Made by a program: the position numbers and the translations under genes
Shown: piece by piece, positions 25,124 through 36,550 of the stretch
How the letters are laid out: each line of letters begins with the position of its first letter
How positions within the stretch are numbered: position 1 is the stretch's first letter
DNA from: Schizosaccharomyces osmophilus
Lineage: Eukaryota
Reading direction: 5' to 3'
NCBI RefSeq assembly: GCF_027921745.1
Contig: NC_079238.1
Location: forward strand, 4,588,001-4,652,000
DNA length: 64,000 nucleotides
Notes under the pieces: generated by a model
Database searches by the model: none
Told to the model about the DNA's origin: nothing
What the model saw: only the letters and a program-made list of their open reading frames with translations

Positions 25124-26581
25124 ATGAGCACAAACAGTGGAGGCATACATTTGCAGGATTTGGGTATGTTTTATGGACAAGCATTGAGTGTTTACTTGTA
25201 GCTAACAATTAATGAAGAGACGAAGCAGGGACCCGAAGGAATTACACGATTCTCGAAAGAGCAAGCCGCGTATTATGCTGAAAAGGAGCGGGAAGAGCGT
25301 ATTCGAGCATTAAAAGTTCCCTATGAGGATGCACGCGTGCGCGAGCTTTTACGTGGATTCGGAGAACCGGTAACGTACTTTGCAGAAGATGCAGGATCGC
25401 GACGAGAACGACTACTGAATTGGATGCTTGAACGTTCTTACGAGGGCCAGGAAGATATTCTTATGGCTACCGTTCAAGGAGATGAGGAAGATGAAGATGA
25501 GGACCACGAAACGTATTCGGAAGGCAGCCAAGAATTGTTGGAGGCACGGCGAAAAATTGCTCTATACTCTTTGGAGAAGGCTAAATTGCGTTTGGAAAAA
25601 GAGCGAAAAGAATTTGAAGTCCCTGTTCCAGAAAAGATCCTCTCCGCTCGTTCCGCTGCTGATCATTTTCGCAAAGTAGATGCCATGGGTTCGCAGGTGG
25701 GTGGAGAACGACCCATGTCTATCATTCGTTTCTGTCAAGATGGTAATAAATTTGCTACTGGCAGTTGGAGTGGGCAGGTAAAGGTTTGGGACACCAAGGA
25801 CCTCTCTCAAGTACGGTTGTATCGAGGCCATACGGACAAGGTCTCGGGGTTAGACTGGCATCCTGGTTGTACAGCATGGGATGAAACATCAGAAAATGTT
25901 TGTTTGGCTACAGGAGCAGCGGACAATTCGGTTTGTTTATGGAATGGAAAACAATCTACGCCAATTTCACGGTTAGATGGGCATTTGGCTCGTGTACTTC
26001 GAGTCGCATTTCATCCAAGTGGTAATTATTTGGCTTCTGGCTCTTTTGATACAACATGGCGACTATGGGATGTTGCAACAGAGACTGAATTACTCATGCA
26101 GGAGGGGCATGCGGAAGGCATTTTCAGCGTTGCCTGGCAGCCCGATGGATCCCTTCTTAGTTCAGGTGGAATGGACGCCATAGGACGGGTATGGGATGTT
26201 CGATCTGGAAAGTCCGTTATGGTTTTGGATGACCACATTCGTCACATTGTTTCTATGGATTGGGCACCGAATGGATACCAACTGGCTACGGCGTCAGCAG
26301 ATGATACTGTAAAAGTATGGGACCTCCGTAAAGTTTCGCTTTCTCAAAGCATTCCGGCGCATTCTTCTCTTGTATCTGATGTTCGTTATGTGCAATCGGA
26401 AAATGCAGTGCTTTTGCTGTCTAGTGGATATGATGGATGTGTCAAAATTTGGAATCCAACCACAGGAGCTCTGGTAAAGAATTTAGTCGGCCACGAAGAA
26501 AAGGTGATGAGCGTGGACGGTCATGGGGACCGATTGTTATCGTCTGGTTTTGATCGAACCATTAAACTTTGGCATCCTTGA
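25124..26581 (+). CDS. rna4: U4/U6 snRNP WD40 protein (PRPF4/Prp4-type); intron 25164-25217
   Basis: SFM motif VRELLRGFGEPVTYFAEDAGSRRERL followed by WD40 repeats (LMQEGH, GRVWDVRSG). Confidence 0.9.
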
Positions 26582-27456
26582 GTGCATTTCTTGCTTGTAA
26601 ATTATGCCCATTGAAAGCTGTATGTATATGCTCGTTGATTCCCTCTTTTCTGTCAAATGTGAATGTATGTGAGCAATTGACCGTTTTTTTGTTTTTCTTT
26701 GGATTGGAATGGAATAGTTATTGTTATGAATTATAATGTACATAGTATAAATGAAACGTGCTACTTTTTTCTACAACGTTTTCAAGAATGATACAGAATA
26801 TTGTAGACACAATATTAGACAGAACGATACTAACAATATTAATAAGAATTCAGCTTTCATTATTAATTACGATTCGTAATAGAAGTTTAATCTTCAAGGT
26901 GTGAAGAAAGCAATAGAAAAAAGAAAAGGCATTTTTCATCGAGAGCTGCTTTCACAACACATAAAACAATAGCATAAAGAGCTTTGTAAGCACACACCTC
27001 GTAAGATTTTGTCTGCATAAGACTGTGTATATAGTGAAAAAAAAAATTCCCTTCTCAAGGAAAAATCACAACGCATAAAAGAAGGAAAGCATTGACGTTT
27101 CTTTAAAATTTCTTAGCGGAGCAAACAAATAACAAAATGCAATCAAACATTATATAGAATACAAAAGAACCAGCAATGAAAAAGAAAACAGTCATTAAAA
27201 ACAAGAGGGGAGATATGAATGCAAATCGAGATACACAAGGATCATGGTGATGTCTTGTGTCATGAATCCTGCACTAGCTACTGTGGACCGAAAGTTACCA
27301 CAAGATTTGAGGGAAAAAGGTCCATAACCCAGTATCGGTTTTCATCATAAAATCAAACAACGGTTGATGAAAAGAAATAGAAATTTTTACCAAAGAAAAC
27401 AAACCAAAAAAAGAACCATGAAAAATGGATGGACGATTTGTTTCATCCTATTTCAG

Positions 27457-28047
27457 TTAGGCAGCACCGGCGGCTTGAGCAGGCTTTGCAGCTGCAACAT
27501 CGGCAGCGACCTCCTCCAAGCTCTTGGAGCGATAGTTCTTGACAGCGCTCTTGATGGCATCTTCAGCCAACATGGAGCAGTGCAACTTTACGGGAGGCAA
27601 GCTCAATTCCCTGGCGATTTGAGTGTTTTTGATTTTGGAAGCTTCTTCCAAGGTCAAACCCTTAACCATAGTAGTGACATAAGAGGAAGAAGCAATGGCA
27701 CTACCACAGCCAAAAGTCTTGAACTTGACATCTTCAATGACACCTTCCTTGTTGACACGAATTGCAAGGCGCATCACATCACCACAAGCAGGAGCACCGA
27801 CCAAACCGACACCGACGTCAGCATCACCTTTGGGAAGGTTACCAACGTTTCTAGGGTTGTTGTAGTGGTCTATAACATTCTTGTGGTACATACGACGGGG
27901 AGCAGAGGCAAGAACGTTAGAAGTGCGGCCATTCATGTTGGCAAGGCGAAGACTAGATAAGGAAGAGCTGGCGGCACCGATGCCAGCAAAACGCTGAGAA
28001 ACCATAGGGGCAACGCGGCCAATACTTTGTACACTGCGAGAAAACAT
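27457..28047 (-). CDS. isu1: Mitochondrial Fe-S cluster scaffold Isu1
   Basis: DHYNNPRNVG, GAPACGDVM, FGCGSAIASS, LPPVKLHCS; presequence starts at ATG 28047. Confidence 0.95.
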   Translation of the reverse strand: MFSRSVQSIGRVAPMVSQRFAGIGAASSSLSSLRLANMNGRTSNVLASAPRRMYHKNVIDHYNNPRNVGNLPKGDADVGVGLVGAPACGDVMRLAIRVNKEGVIEDVKFKTFGCGSAIASSSYVTTMVKGLTLEEASKIKNTQIARELSLPPVKLHCSMLAEDAIKSAVKNYRSKSLEEVAADVAAAKPAQAAGAA

Positions 28048-29636
28048 ATTTCTGTTTATGTTTCCGAACGGAATTCGAATCTGAATAGAAAAAGGAAACT
28101 TATTTTCTCGGAAAACTATAGAGTTCAAACGAGAAAAGAAATGCAAAAGAATAATACAAGACAGATTTGTCTCTCTGTAATCCTTTAATTTATGAAAGAG
28201 TAGGGACTTTTAGAATCGTTTTTTTTTTAATCCTCTGTTTGGCAAACGACAAAACAGGTTCACCGTCTGATATATTTATCAGATGGGTAATTACCGATGG
28301 CGTTCCGTTTCACTATTCTGTGGATTGCCACGTCATAACAATCAAAGTGTCGCTCAATCAGATGGGTGGCAGGAAGGACGAGAAGCTCCAAGAAAAACAA
28401 AGGGCAAATCAACGCCGTAAGAGTCAGCGGCCTTGTATTGCCACTGATATACAAGCCAAAGAGAAATGCTGCCGTCTGTGTTGTGTGATGAAACGCAGGG
28501 TTCCGTGAAAACGAAACGAAAAGCAAAGGAAACACTCCAAATGGGTAGGAAACAGGATTACCAGCTTGGTAGTTTGCTTTCGTAAGCCTTTGAAAAGATT
28601 CGCTAACTTTTTTAACCTGGACCCTTTCGATCTGATAGATGGATTTGGCGCAAACGACACTGTGACTGCGTTTTTGGGCTGGCGTGGAAAATGACAGAGA
28701 AGCAGAAACAAAGAGTTGCGAGAGAGGAGAGAAAAAGGGCTCTAGACGCTTGCGTGCGCCATAGTGACAATGTTTTGGTTAGTGAAATGGGAATTGGAAT
28801 AGGAAGTGTGGTTTGGAAGGAGAGGAAGGGATGGCAGCGTTGATGATATGTGATATGTGATTTGAGAGAGATGAGAGTAAAGGGGAATTTTTGAGGTTCG
28901 TCTTTATAGAAAGAAATCCCTAGTAGACAGGTGGGTAGATAGGTAGTTAAAAAGAAAATAAACATGTCCGGAATCAATGCATAGTTTCGTAAGATGGGTT
29001 ATTTTGTCTCGCTTCTTATGAGCTTAATAGGAATGAACCATTTCAACAAGATTAGACAAGCTTGAACAAGCTTGCGAAACGTTGTTAAATGAATAAAACA
29101 GTGTCGAATTGGAAAAGAGTCTTTGTCTATATTCATGTAGTCATCTAGTCGTCCATGACTTGCTTACCGACTTGGCTAGAGAAATCCTTTGGTAGACACA
29201 AATGTATCTTACATCGTTCGTTCGTTTGAAACACACTTCTTTAACCTTTCTTTAGGGACATTTCTTTTATTTGGAAAGCGTTTCATTTCATTTCTTTTCA
29301 ATCCTTACATTTCTCTCTTTCTCTCTTTCTCTCTCTCTCTCTCGATTCCTCAAAGTACAATGTTACCTATCATTCTTTCGTCAGTCCTAGGTCAGTTCCA
29401 CGATCCACTGGGTATCAAAACAAAACAAAAAAGTCGTAGATTGGATTGCTTTTTTTTCTCTTTTATTAGTAATTAGCAAAGCAAATCGCACGTACGTTTT
29501 GATTGCACTTTTTGACTAGGATTCTACGGAAAGCCAGGATTGAGCCATTGATTTTCCACGGAAACCAACAGGAACCGAATCGTATGGTGTGTCTGTCGTT
29601 TTGGTATGGAACGTCTTGCTAATCCAAGTAGACAGT

Positions 29637-30371
29637 ATGAATTTGGCACAAGGAGTAGATTCTACGGACGCTGTTTTTCAACGCGCTATAGAGCTTCTTC
29701 AGCATCAACCACGAGTCTTGATCGGGTTGGCTGGCGGACCAGGATCTGGAAAAACAACTCTGACTTCGAAATTAATAAACGAATGGAACAAGCGACTCGG
29801 AAGCGAAATGGTGAAAATGATTCCCATGGTAAAGAACAACTTTTTTTTGTGTGTTTGAAACGTACATCCATGTTAACAAGCTTTGCAGGACGGATTTCAT
29901 TACACATTGGAAGAACTCGAAAAAATGGATAACCCAGTAGAAGCGAAAGCGCGACGCGGTGCTGAATGGACCTTTGATGCGCGACTCTACGCGTCTCTCG
30001 TCGCGTTGGTAAAGAAAGTGACGGACTGCGAATTGTTTGCCCCTTCCTTTGACCATTCCGTTGGTGCTCCTATTCCAAACGATATCCACATTCTTCCAAA
30101 ACACCGGATTATCGTCTTTGAAGGAAACTACCTGCTTCTCAACAAGCACCCATGGTCCCTAGCCGCCAACCTATACGACATCAAGGCTTTTCTAGCCATT
30201 GATTTTCCTACTGCGCGAAACCGTGTGATCCAACGACATTTGCAAGCTGGCATTTGTCAAACAGACGCAGATTCCGCTGCACGTACTGATGCCAATGACA
30301 TGGTGAATTTGGACTTTATTCAACATAATCTTTTGGTGCCTGATTTTATTCTCCATCAAGTAGATTTATAG
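29637..30371 (+). CDS. yfh7: P-loop kinase, uridine kinase/Yfh7-like; intron 29829-29888
   Basis: GLAGGPGSGKTT, PM/DGFH, RRGAEWTFD, EGNYLL. Confidence 0.85.
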
Positions 30372-31118
30372 TGTCTTTATTTTTTTTATATAAATCTTTT
30401 GCTGACTGACATGCTAATTCAAATGCCCTCTCTTTGTCTCTCTCAAACACGTTCTTTGCTCGCCCTGGTTAAAACAGTGGGCAATCATAAAACAATTGTT
30501 TTTCTATCCTACTCTATTCAATTTTCAAACCCTTCTTTGACCTTTTTTCATTATTTATTTATTTTTTTTTTTTTTTTTTTCTTTCAAACGAGCTATTCTA
30601 ACAATTCCTTCTCTGCTAAATGAAATCCCAAAGCCTTCTTCTTTGGCTCTCGTCTACCGATTATTGTCTCTACCAAAACACACATTAAATCTACTCGTCC
30701 CATTGTCTCCTAAAACTCTTTGGAAAGGTAATTCCTCAACTGACATCATGATCATCTAAAACAAAACCTGGGACTTGGAAAAAAAAAAAATCCCGCTTAA
30801 ATCGATAAAACAAGGATCTATGACGAAACCCCAACGCAGCTTCAAGCTTTCCATTCTTGCAATGATCGCTATCTGAAGAGATTTCCCTTTTGGCTCAAAT
30901 TCGCCATCGTTATGTGTCTACTGATGCCCTTTCATCACCTCGCTTCGGGGGCTCATCTCTTATAAGTTATAGGAACATTTTATTCGGTTTGTACGATCCA
31001 GTTATAGACTGCATCCCGTCCATCACCGGCTTAGATTTTCATCTACATCGGGGCTGATCCATCCTGCTTGTTTACACATCCAATCCCACCCATTCTCAGT
31101 CCACACACTTTCTGCTTC

Positions 31119-31121
<3 letters not shown>

Positions 31122-31170
<49 letters not shown>

Positions 31171-31255
31171 TACACACACACATACATACATACACATACA
31201 CAGATACAGATACAGATACAGAGACAGAGACAGAGACAGACTTTCTCTCTCTCTC
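31122..31255. repeat. Compound microsatellite (CA)n-(TACA)n-(TACAGA)n-(GACAGA)n-(CT)n
   Basis: Directly visible in the sequence upstream of reg1. Confidence 0.95.
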
Positions 31256-31720
31256 AATTCCAACTGTGGCTTGTCTCAATTCACAGTGACAGCATCCCCC
31301 CAAAGTCCTGTTTGTCTCGTTTGTGATGACCAAAGAGGGTGGACGCACTTAGAGTCATCGGTTCCGCTCCTTCCCTTCCCCACCCATATTTACATACTTA
31401 AATACTTACATATATATATATGTATTTGTATACGAGATTTACCAAAAGCATTTTGTAATATCTGTAGATCCTTAATATAATAACGACTTGGGTTATTACT
31501 TTAAGGTGGTTGAAGACTCGGATGCCATACCCTTCCTCGATTAGCGACGAAAACAGAAGATCGACTTGCAAATTGCATGCCGTTTCTCCTCCAACAACAC
31601 ATACGACTGAGGACGAGAAATTGAGGTGAAGCCTGTTCGATCGTGTTGATCTGTTCAGACCATTTGCCTACCGAAAAATTGCTTTGCGCAACCAAATTTA
31701 CTGGTAGTCGTTGGTTTGAT

Positions 31721-34240
31721 ATGACAGCGAAACCAGATGCTAAAGTCGGTCGATTGTCAAACGAAGATTTCTCCAAAAACAGTCATTCGCATCTCAATTC
31801 ATTTCCTTCCCATCAATCACATTGTCCTCCCATGATGCTCGAAACGCATGGCCCTAGTTCCTTGCCTCCGTCATCCCCGTCCTCCTCCTCCTCCTCTTCG
31901 TTTAGAAAGCCACAAAGGAAACCGCGAAGTCAATCTCTTGTTTCTTCGCCCAGCGGTTCTGCAAAAGAGAAAACGCCAATGTATACACCGGAGCATATTC
32001 AAGACCTGTCGGCCGTTTTGAATGCTTCGGATCGTGCAGTCCCCCAATTGTCTGTGGCTCCTCCTCCTGAAACAGCCCAAAATTTGCATCAAGATTCGTT
32101 CATTGCTTACCCCCAAGACTCTTCTCATGCTTTGGCAAACAACCAGGATCAATCGATCTTTTCTTCTTTTTCTTCTTCTTCTTCTTCCCCAAAAAAATCA
32201 CATCCTTTTGTTAATTCGGAATCACATATTGATGCCCCCGCATCCCATTCAGCTCTTCTTTCCGATGAAAAAGATAATAATGCTGTTCTTAACGAGGCTT
32301 CCATCTCCCACGAGTCCCCTCATCCTTCTTTCCCTACACAGCATCATCATCATCCTCATCAACAATCTCACGAGTCAAATTTTTCATTGCCCATCACTAT
32401 CGACCACAAAACCCACCCTGACATTGACAATGACCAAATATTCGTATCTTCGAGTTGCCCCACTCAGCACGGATTCCCTTCACATTCTCGAGACTCCTTC
32501 AAAGACATCCAGCCCGATCCTGATCTAGCTTCCTTACCCAGAATTCAGCTCATGCTCCTTGGAGCCGACGACAGCGAAATCAAGAAAAACGCCCTTACTC
32601 AAGTTGATTATCTCTCTCATGATTGGAATGAGACCGACATTTGGGCTAGTTGGCGTGAAATCACGAAATCAAAAGATAGTTACGAGAATGGCTTGCGTTT
32701 AGAAAACGCTTCTTGGCGTTCTTGGATCAAATATAAATATCATCTTCCTACCATCTCTCCCGAAACCTTGAACTGGCTTAAAGAATGCGATGTAACTTGG
32801 CTCTATGGCCCGTTACTCCATGCTTCGATGCCTTCTGTTCATCATTCACAAATGTTAAAGCAAAAACACCGCCATGCTAACGACTCCAACCAAAATCTTG
32901 ATGTGAGTGGACAGCACGAGTCTGGTAGTGAACGCAGCTCTCAAAGTTCTATAAGCAAAAAGCCAATTTTAAAACGGCGTTCTCCTCAAGAGGTCTTACT
33001 TTCCGGTCGAGATGTTACACCTCGTCTTCAGGCGTCTCGTTTGGACAGCTACTTGCGTTATCCCTCCAACGATGCAGCTCTGAATTCAAACACCTATGGC
33101 CTTCGACCTCCCATCTTCGGACAATCCCATTCTTCCCAACCTTCTCGTCGAATCCATTTTAATGATAAAGTCCAACAATGTATCGCTGTCGATGTTGACC
33201 ACTCCGTCTCTGGAGGTTCCAGTGCCACTGATTTAGACGACTATGCAGCATCCGAAGAGACAAAAAAGTCAGATGAGGGCTCAAATGAGGTATTATCGGA
33301 TGGTTCTCGAGCCTCGCAATCAAACAACTCGCGTTGTATAGCCGAGTTACCAGACTCGACGTTGAAAGCATCGATCGAAGATCAAATCCATTGCCCAGAG
33401 AATAAGGATCTTTTTGGTCGTGATGGTAGAAGCCGTTTTCCCAGAGTTCCAGAGTACTATGGTGAAAATGACTTTGAGGAAGATGAAGTATATCGCGAAG
33501 ATCGCCATTATGGAGGTTTTAAAGATTATGATCACAACATCATTGATGATGGTGATGGTTATCATTCCGACGAAGATACATTCACCGTTGAGGATGTAAA
33601 CAACTATCACGGTGAGCAAAGTGATGATTCTAGCAATGATGAATCTCAGTTCTTAGAGTATGCCAACGATAAGGATAGTCTTGATGAAGAAGAATTAAGT
33701 GAAAGTCCTCCAGATCATGAATCTATGCCTTCAAGTCCATATTCTGTTTTCTCACGTACGCCTTCCGATGCGGGATCAATTGGAAACAGAAGTATTTATT
33801 CTCCTTACCTGCATTCTCCCAATGAGTCGAACGTTTCGCGTTCGGTTGATGGAAGAGCTGCTGATGAACCTTGCTTTGACATGAACGGCATGATGTCAAG
33901 CAAAAACCCGGCTCATGAAAAAACTGCTAACAAAACAAACTCGTCTCCCTTGGCTTCGTTCTCACAGCAAATTAGTACTGCCGCACCTACGACTGCTGAA
34001 AATCTGCAGACAGTTTCGCTCGGACCGTCTTCCATGGAACCTGAAGAAAATGATTCAGATATACTTGATGGAGTGCATACACCTAAAGTACCTAGTATTC
34101 AAGGGCAATATTCGCAAGTGCAGTCTTCGGATGATGGAAATAGAAGAAGCAAACAGCAGAAGGACTCAGGCTCGAATGCGGATCCTGCGAACAGGTTGGT
34201 TGGCATGTTGCAAAATAAACTGAAGTCGTGGAACGAGTAG
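31721..34240 (+). CDS. reg1: PP1 regulatory subunit Reg1-like
   Basis: VDYLSHDW...WASWR...RLENASWRSW...LNWLKECDVTWLYGPL domain, KKPILKRRS, RVxF-like RRIHFNDKVQQCIAV; first in-frame ATG at 31721. Confidence 0.88.
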   Translation: MTAKPDAKVGRLSNEDFSKNSHSHLNSFPSHQSHCPPMMLETHGPSSLPPSSPSSSSSSSFRKPQRKPRSQSLVSSPSGSAKEKTPMYTPEHIQDLSAVLNASDRAVPQLSVAPPPETAQNLHQDSFIAYPQDSSHALANNQDQSIFSSFSSSSSSPKKSHPFVNSESHIDAPASHSALLSDEKDNNAVLNEASISHESPHPSFPTQHHHHPHQQSHESNFSLPITIDHKTHPDIDNDQIFVSSSCPTQHGFPSHSRDSFKDIQPDPDLASLPRIQLMLLGADDSEIKKNALTQVDYLSHDWNETDIWASWREITKSKDSYENGLRLENASWRSWIKYKYHLPTISPETLNWLKECDVTWLYGPLLHASMPSVHHSQMLKQKHRHANDSNQNLDVSGQHESGSERSSQSSISKKPILKRRSPQEVLLSGRDVTPRLQASRLDSYLRYPSNDAALNSNTYGLRPPIFGQSHSSQPSRRIHFNDKVQQCIAVDVDHSVSGGSSATDLDDYAASEETKKSDEGSNEVLSDGSRASQSNNSRCIAELPDSTLKASIEDQIHCPENKDLFGRDGRSRFPRVPEYYGENDFEEDEVYREDRHYGGFKDYDHNIIDDGDGYHSDEDTFTVEDVNNYHGEQSDDSSNDESQFLEYANDKDSLDEEELSESPPDHESMPSSPYSVFSRTPSDAGSIGNRSIYSPYLHSPNESNVSRSVDGRAADEPCFDMNGMMSSKNPAHEKTANKTNSSPLASFSQQISTAAPTTAENLQTVSLGPSSMEPEENDSDILDGVHTPKVPSIQGQYSQVQSSDDGNRRSKQQKDSGSNADPANRLVGMLQNKLKSWNE

Positions 34241-35357
34241 ATTACGAAAGCTTGATTTTTTGATACTTGTGTTCATTGATGATAAGAAATAACTATTTTG
34301 CAAATGGGAAAGAAATATAAACCCCGAGACCAATTGCTTTATGCGTTGATATGCGAATCTCTTTACTGTAAACTAGATTCGCTGAAACGTGTGCGTTTAT
34401 AATGGAGTTTAAAAAAAAAATTGATAAAATACCGACTAGAGCATTGGCTATTTAACGATTCATTAATTTCTTTATTTCTTTTATTTCTATAATTTTTTTT
34501 TACTTAATTTTCTTGTGTGGAAATATAACAATTCTGTTGGAAATCGAGTTTTCCTGATTGTCGACAGACTAAGCATCATGATCTTTTGAGGATTGTGTTT
34601 GTATTTTACGATTTTTCTTTCTTTCTGTACAGCGGTTCACTTATGATATTTATGTAAGTTAATCTATTTTGGAGTATAAAGCTTAATTAAAGAAAACTAA
34701 TATTCATGATTAATAAAATAAATAATTTTTGAGGCATCTCATATGGAAAGAAGGGCATGAATGGATGTGTGGGCAGTAGGTTTCATGGTGTTTGCGGCAT
34801 CAATCAAGCAATGAATTTGTATAAAGCTTTCTCTTAGAAATCATATAGACGAGAAAACACTGTTGTAGTAATCCTATATACTAGGAAAATCTGTAGGTTT
34901 CAATTCGTGTGAGAGTGTCTTCATGTAATTACCACCCATAGTATATGAGGGTGCATCTACGTATCTGAATGTAGTGATTCAAATTGACTCATCTATGATG
35001 AATGAAAAATAAAAAAAGTACGAAAACAGATTGATCCATATAAATGAATTTTCGTAATATACTTTTGGCTATATGTAAGAAACTAGTATTCGATGGATCA
35101 GGTTTCCACAAAAACATTTCCATCTCGCCCAAGTTTCATACGACTGTCAAAATGCGAAAACTTTGGTATTTACACTTAAAAAAATAATATATAGCTTATT
35201 GGAATGTCTTTGCCTTTGTTTTTGCATGAATTATTTCTTATTTTTTTATTTTTCCCTTATTTTTTATTTTTTATCTTTGTTTACAGAATTAGGATTAATT
35301 ATCATTTTACCGTTGCACGAACATGTACGGTGAATCAGTTTGTGTCGTATAGTGAGG

Positions 35358-35408
35358 TATGACTGCCAAAAATATGGTGCAGTATTGGACTTTTTTTTTT
35401 GTATATAA
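35358..35408 (+). promoter_or_regulatory. Putative promoter of the snoRNA host gene: Homol D-like TATGACTG (35358-35365) and TATA box TATATAA (35402-35408)
   Basis: Motifs lie about 100-150 nt upstream of the first 5' splice site; the Homol D-like box is a 7/8 match to TGTGACTG. Confidence 0.45.
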
Positions 35409-35541
35409 GGGCGAGACATCAAAGGTATGATTGTGTCTTTTCCCAAGTACATTTTGGGGAAACACGGGATTTTACAATGAAAACTTCTCATATTTGAGCA
35501 AAGGTATGTTTCGAAAACACTTGTTTCAGCAAACCAGGACA

Positions 35542-35618
35542 GTGCTTTGATGACTCATTTTTTTACAAACTAGAGTTTCTGATTGTTTACGTGATCTAAA
35601 ATTCTTTAACTGAGTATC
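35542..35618 (+). ncRNA. snR78: Box C/D snoRNA, snR78 orthologue (25S Um2421, S. cerevisiae numbering)
   Basis: C TTGATGA 35547-53; guide CAAACTAGAGTT antisense to LSU GACUCUAGUUUG; D' CTGA 35579-82; C' GTGATCT; D CTGA 35610-13; D+5 rule hits the U of GACU. Confidence 0.85.
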
Positions 35619-35761
35619 TGTACTTATGTGAGCTGAAAGCAAACCTATGTTTTGTTTTATTTCTCATACTAACTATATCAGTACAGCTCTATAGTGAAAT
35701 CACAAAAAGTTGCAGAAATGTACAAAAATGTATGTAATGAAGATTTTGGTTGACTTTTGGA

Positions 35762-35861
35762 GGGATATGAGGAAAAACTTTGGAATTACCGGCCTAGGGG
35801 CATATTGCAACCTTGCCTCGCTGAAGATAAATTTGTGCTGCATTTTTTGTTACTGATCCTT
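35762..35861 (+). ncRNA. snR77: Box C/D snoRNA, snR77 orthologue (18S Um578)
   Basis: C ATGAGGA 35767-73; guide TGGAATTACCG 35781-91 antisense to SSU CGGUAAUUCCA; D' CCTA; C' CTGAAGA; D CTGA 35853-56; terminal stem GGAGGGAT/ATCCTTCC. Confidence 0.85.
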
Positions 35862-36023
35862 CCTTTTGTCGAACCCAATTCACTTTTGTGATAATTTAGA
35901 GCAAAACACTAATTAATTTTTAGTTTGGTTCAGAAATGAATTCTAAAATTATAAAAGGAGAAATCCAGAATGTGATGTTTTCATATTAGGTATGTCCTTG
36001 ACTATGGTAAAGCAGACGGTAGT

Positions 36024-36108
36024 TTCCGAGGAGGAGCTATAGATGACGAGTCTGATTTTTTCCTTGATGAAAAAGACTCTTTAATTCCATTCATGTCAAA
36101 CTGAGGAA
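36024..36108 (+). ncRNA. snR75: Box C/D snoRNA, snR75 orthologue (25S Gm2288)
   Basis: Guide TAGATGACGAG 36040-50 antisense to LSU CUCGUCAUCUA; D' CTGA 36052-55; C' TGATGA 36065-70; second element TCCATTCATG antisense to LSU CAUGAAUGGA; D CTGA 36101-04; stems TTCC/GGAA and GTAAAGCAG/CTGCTTTAC. Confidence 0.87.
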
Positions 36109-36208
36109 CCCTGCTTTACACGACTTTACTTTTTTTTTTCAACTACTAACAATCTGTTTAGCTTTGAGAAGGTATAAAATTTGACAGTGAGAGACAACCA
36201 GTTATTTA

Positions 36209-36290
36209 CGATTGGGATGAATTTTATAGACAAAGACAAGCATATGTCTGATGCCTTTGGTTTTGAAGACATACTATACGTCTGAAGTAA
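36209..36290 (+). ncRNA. snR74: Box C/D snoRNA, snR74/U27 orthologue (18S Am28)
   Basis: C GGGATGA 36214-20; guide AGACAAGCATATG 36234-46 antisense to 18S CAUAUGCUUGUCU; D' CTGA 36248-51; C' TTGAAGA; D CTGA 36282-85; D+5 hits A28. Confidence 0.9.
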
Positions 36291-36458
36291 AAAAATAACT
36301 TTTTTCCTCTCACTCTTTCATTTTGTTAGCTCTTCTCTAACTCTTGCTAGTCGAATGATTAAGCTTTGTTTGATGGTTTCATGAAAAAGCACCGTTCATG
36401 CTTGTTTTCCATTCGTAATTGGTATGTCTCGCTTTAGAGACGAAGTGTAGAGCTTTAT

Positions 36459-36550
36459 TGGATACGATGATGCTTATTTTACAATCACGACGGTCTGCGT
36501 AGTCCTTCAGTGACGATATTGCCTGTGACAAGGCGCTATTACTGAATATT
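36459..36550 (+). ncRNA. snR73: Box C/D snoRNA, snR73/U35 orthologue (25S Cm2959)
   Basis: C ACGATGA 36464-70; guide TCACGACGGTCT 36485-96 antisense to LSU AGACCGUCGUGA; degenerate D'; C' GTGACGA; D CTGA 36542-45; flanking stems. Confidence 0.82.

Noticed and set aside
27364..27960. 198-aa ORF antisense to isu1
   Set aside because: Mirror frame of a conserved gene with no recognisable domain.
31043..31348. ORFs with VCVC/THTH repeats
   Set aside because: Translation artefacts of the microsatellite.
35950..35957. TATAAAAG as an independent promoter for snR75
   Set aside because: It lies in host exon 3 between two well-formed introns; one upstream promoter explains the locus more simply.
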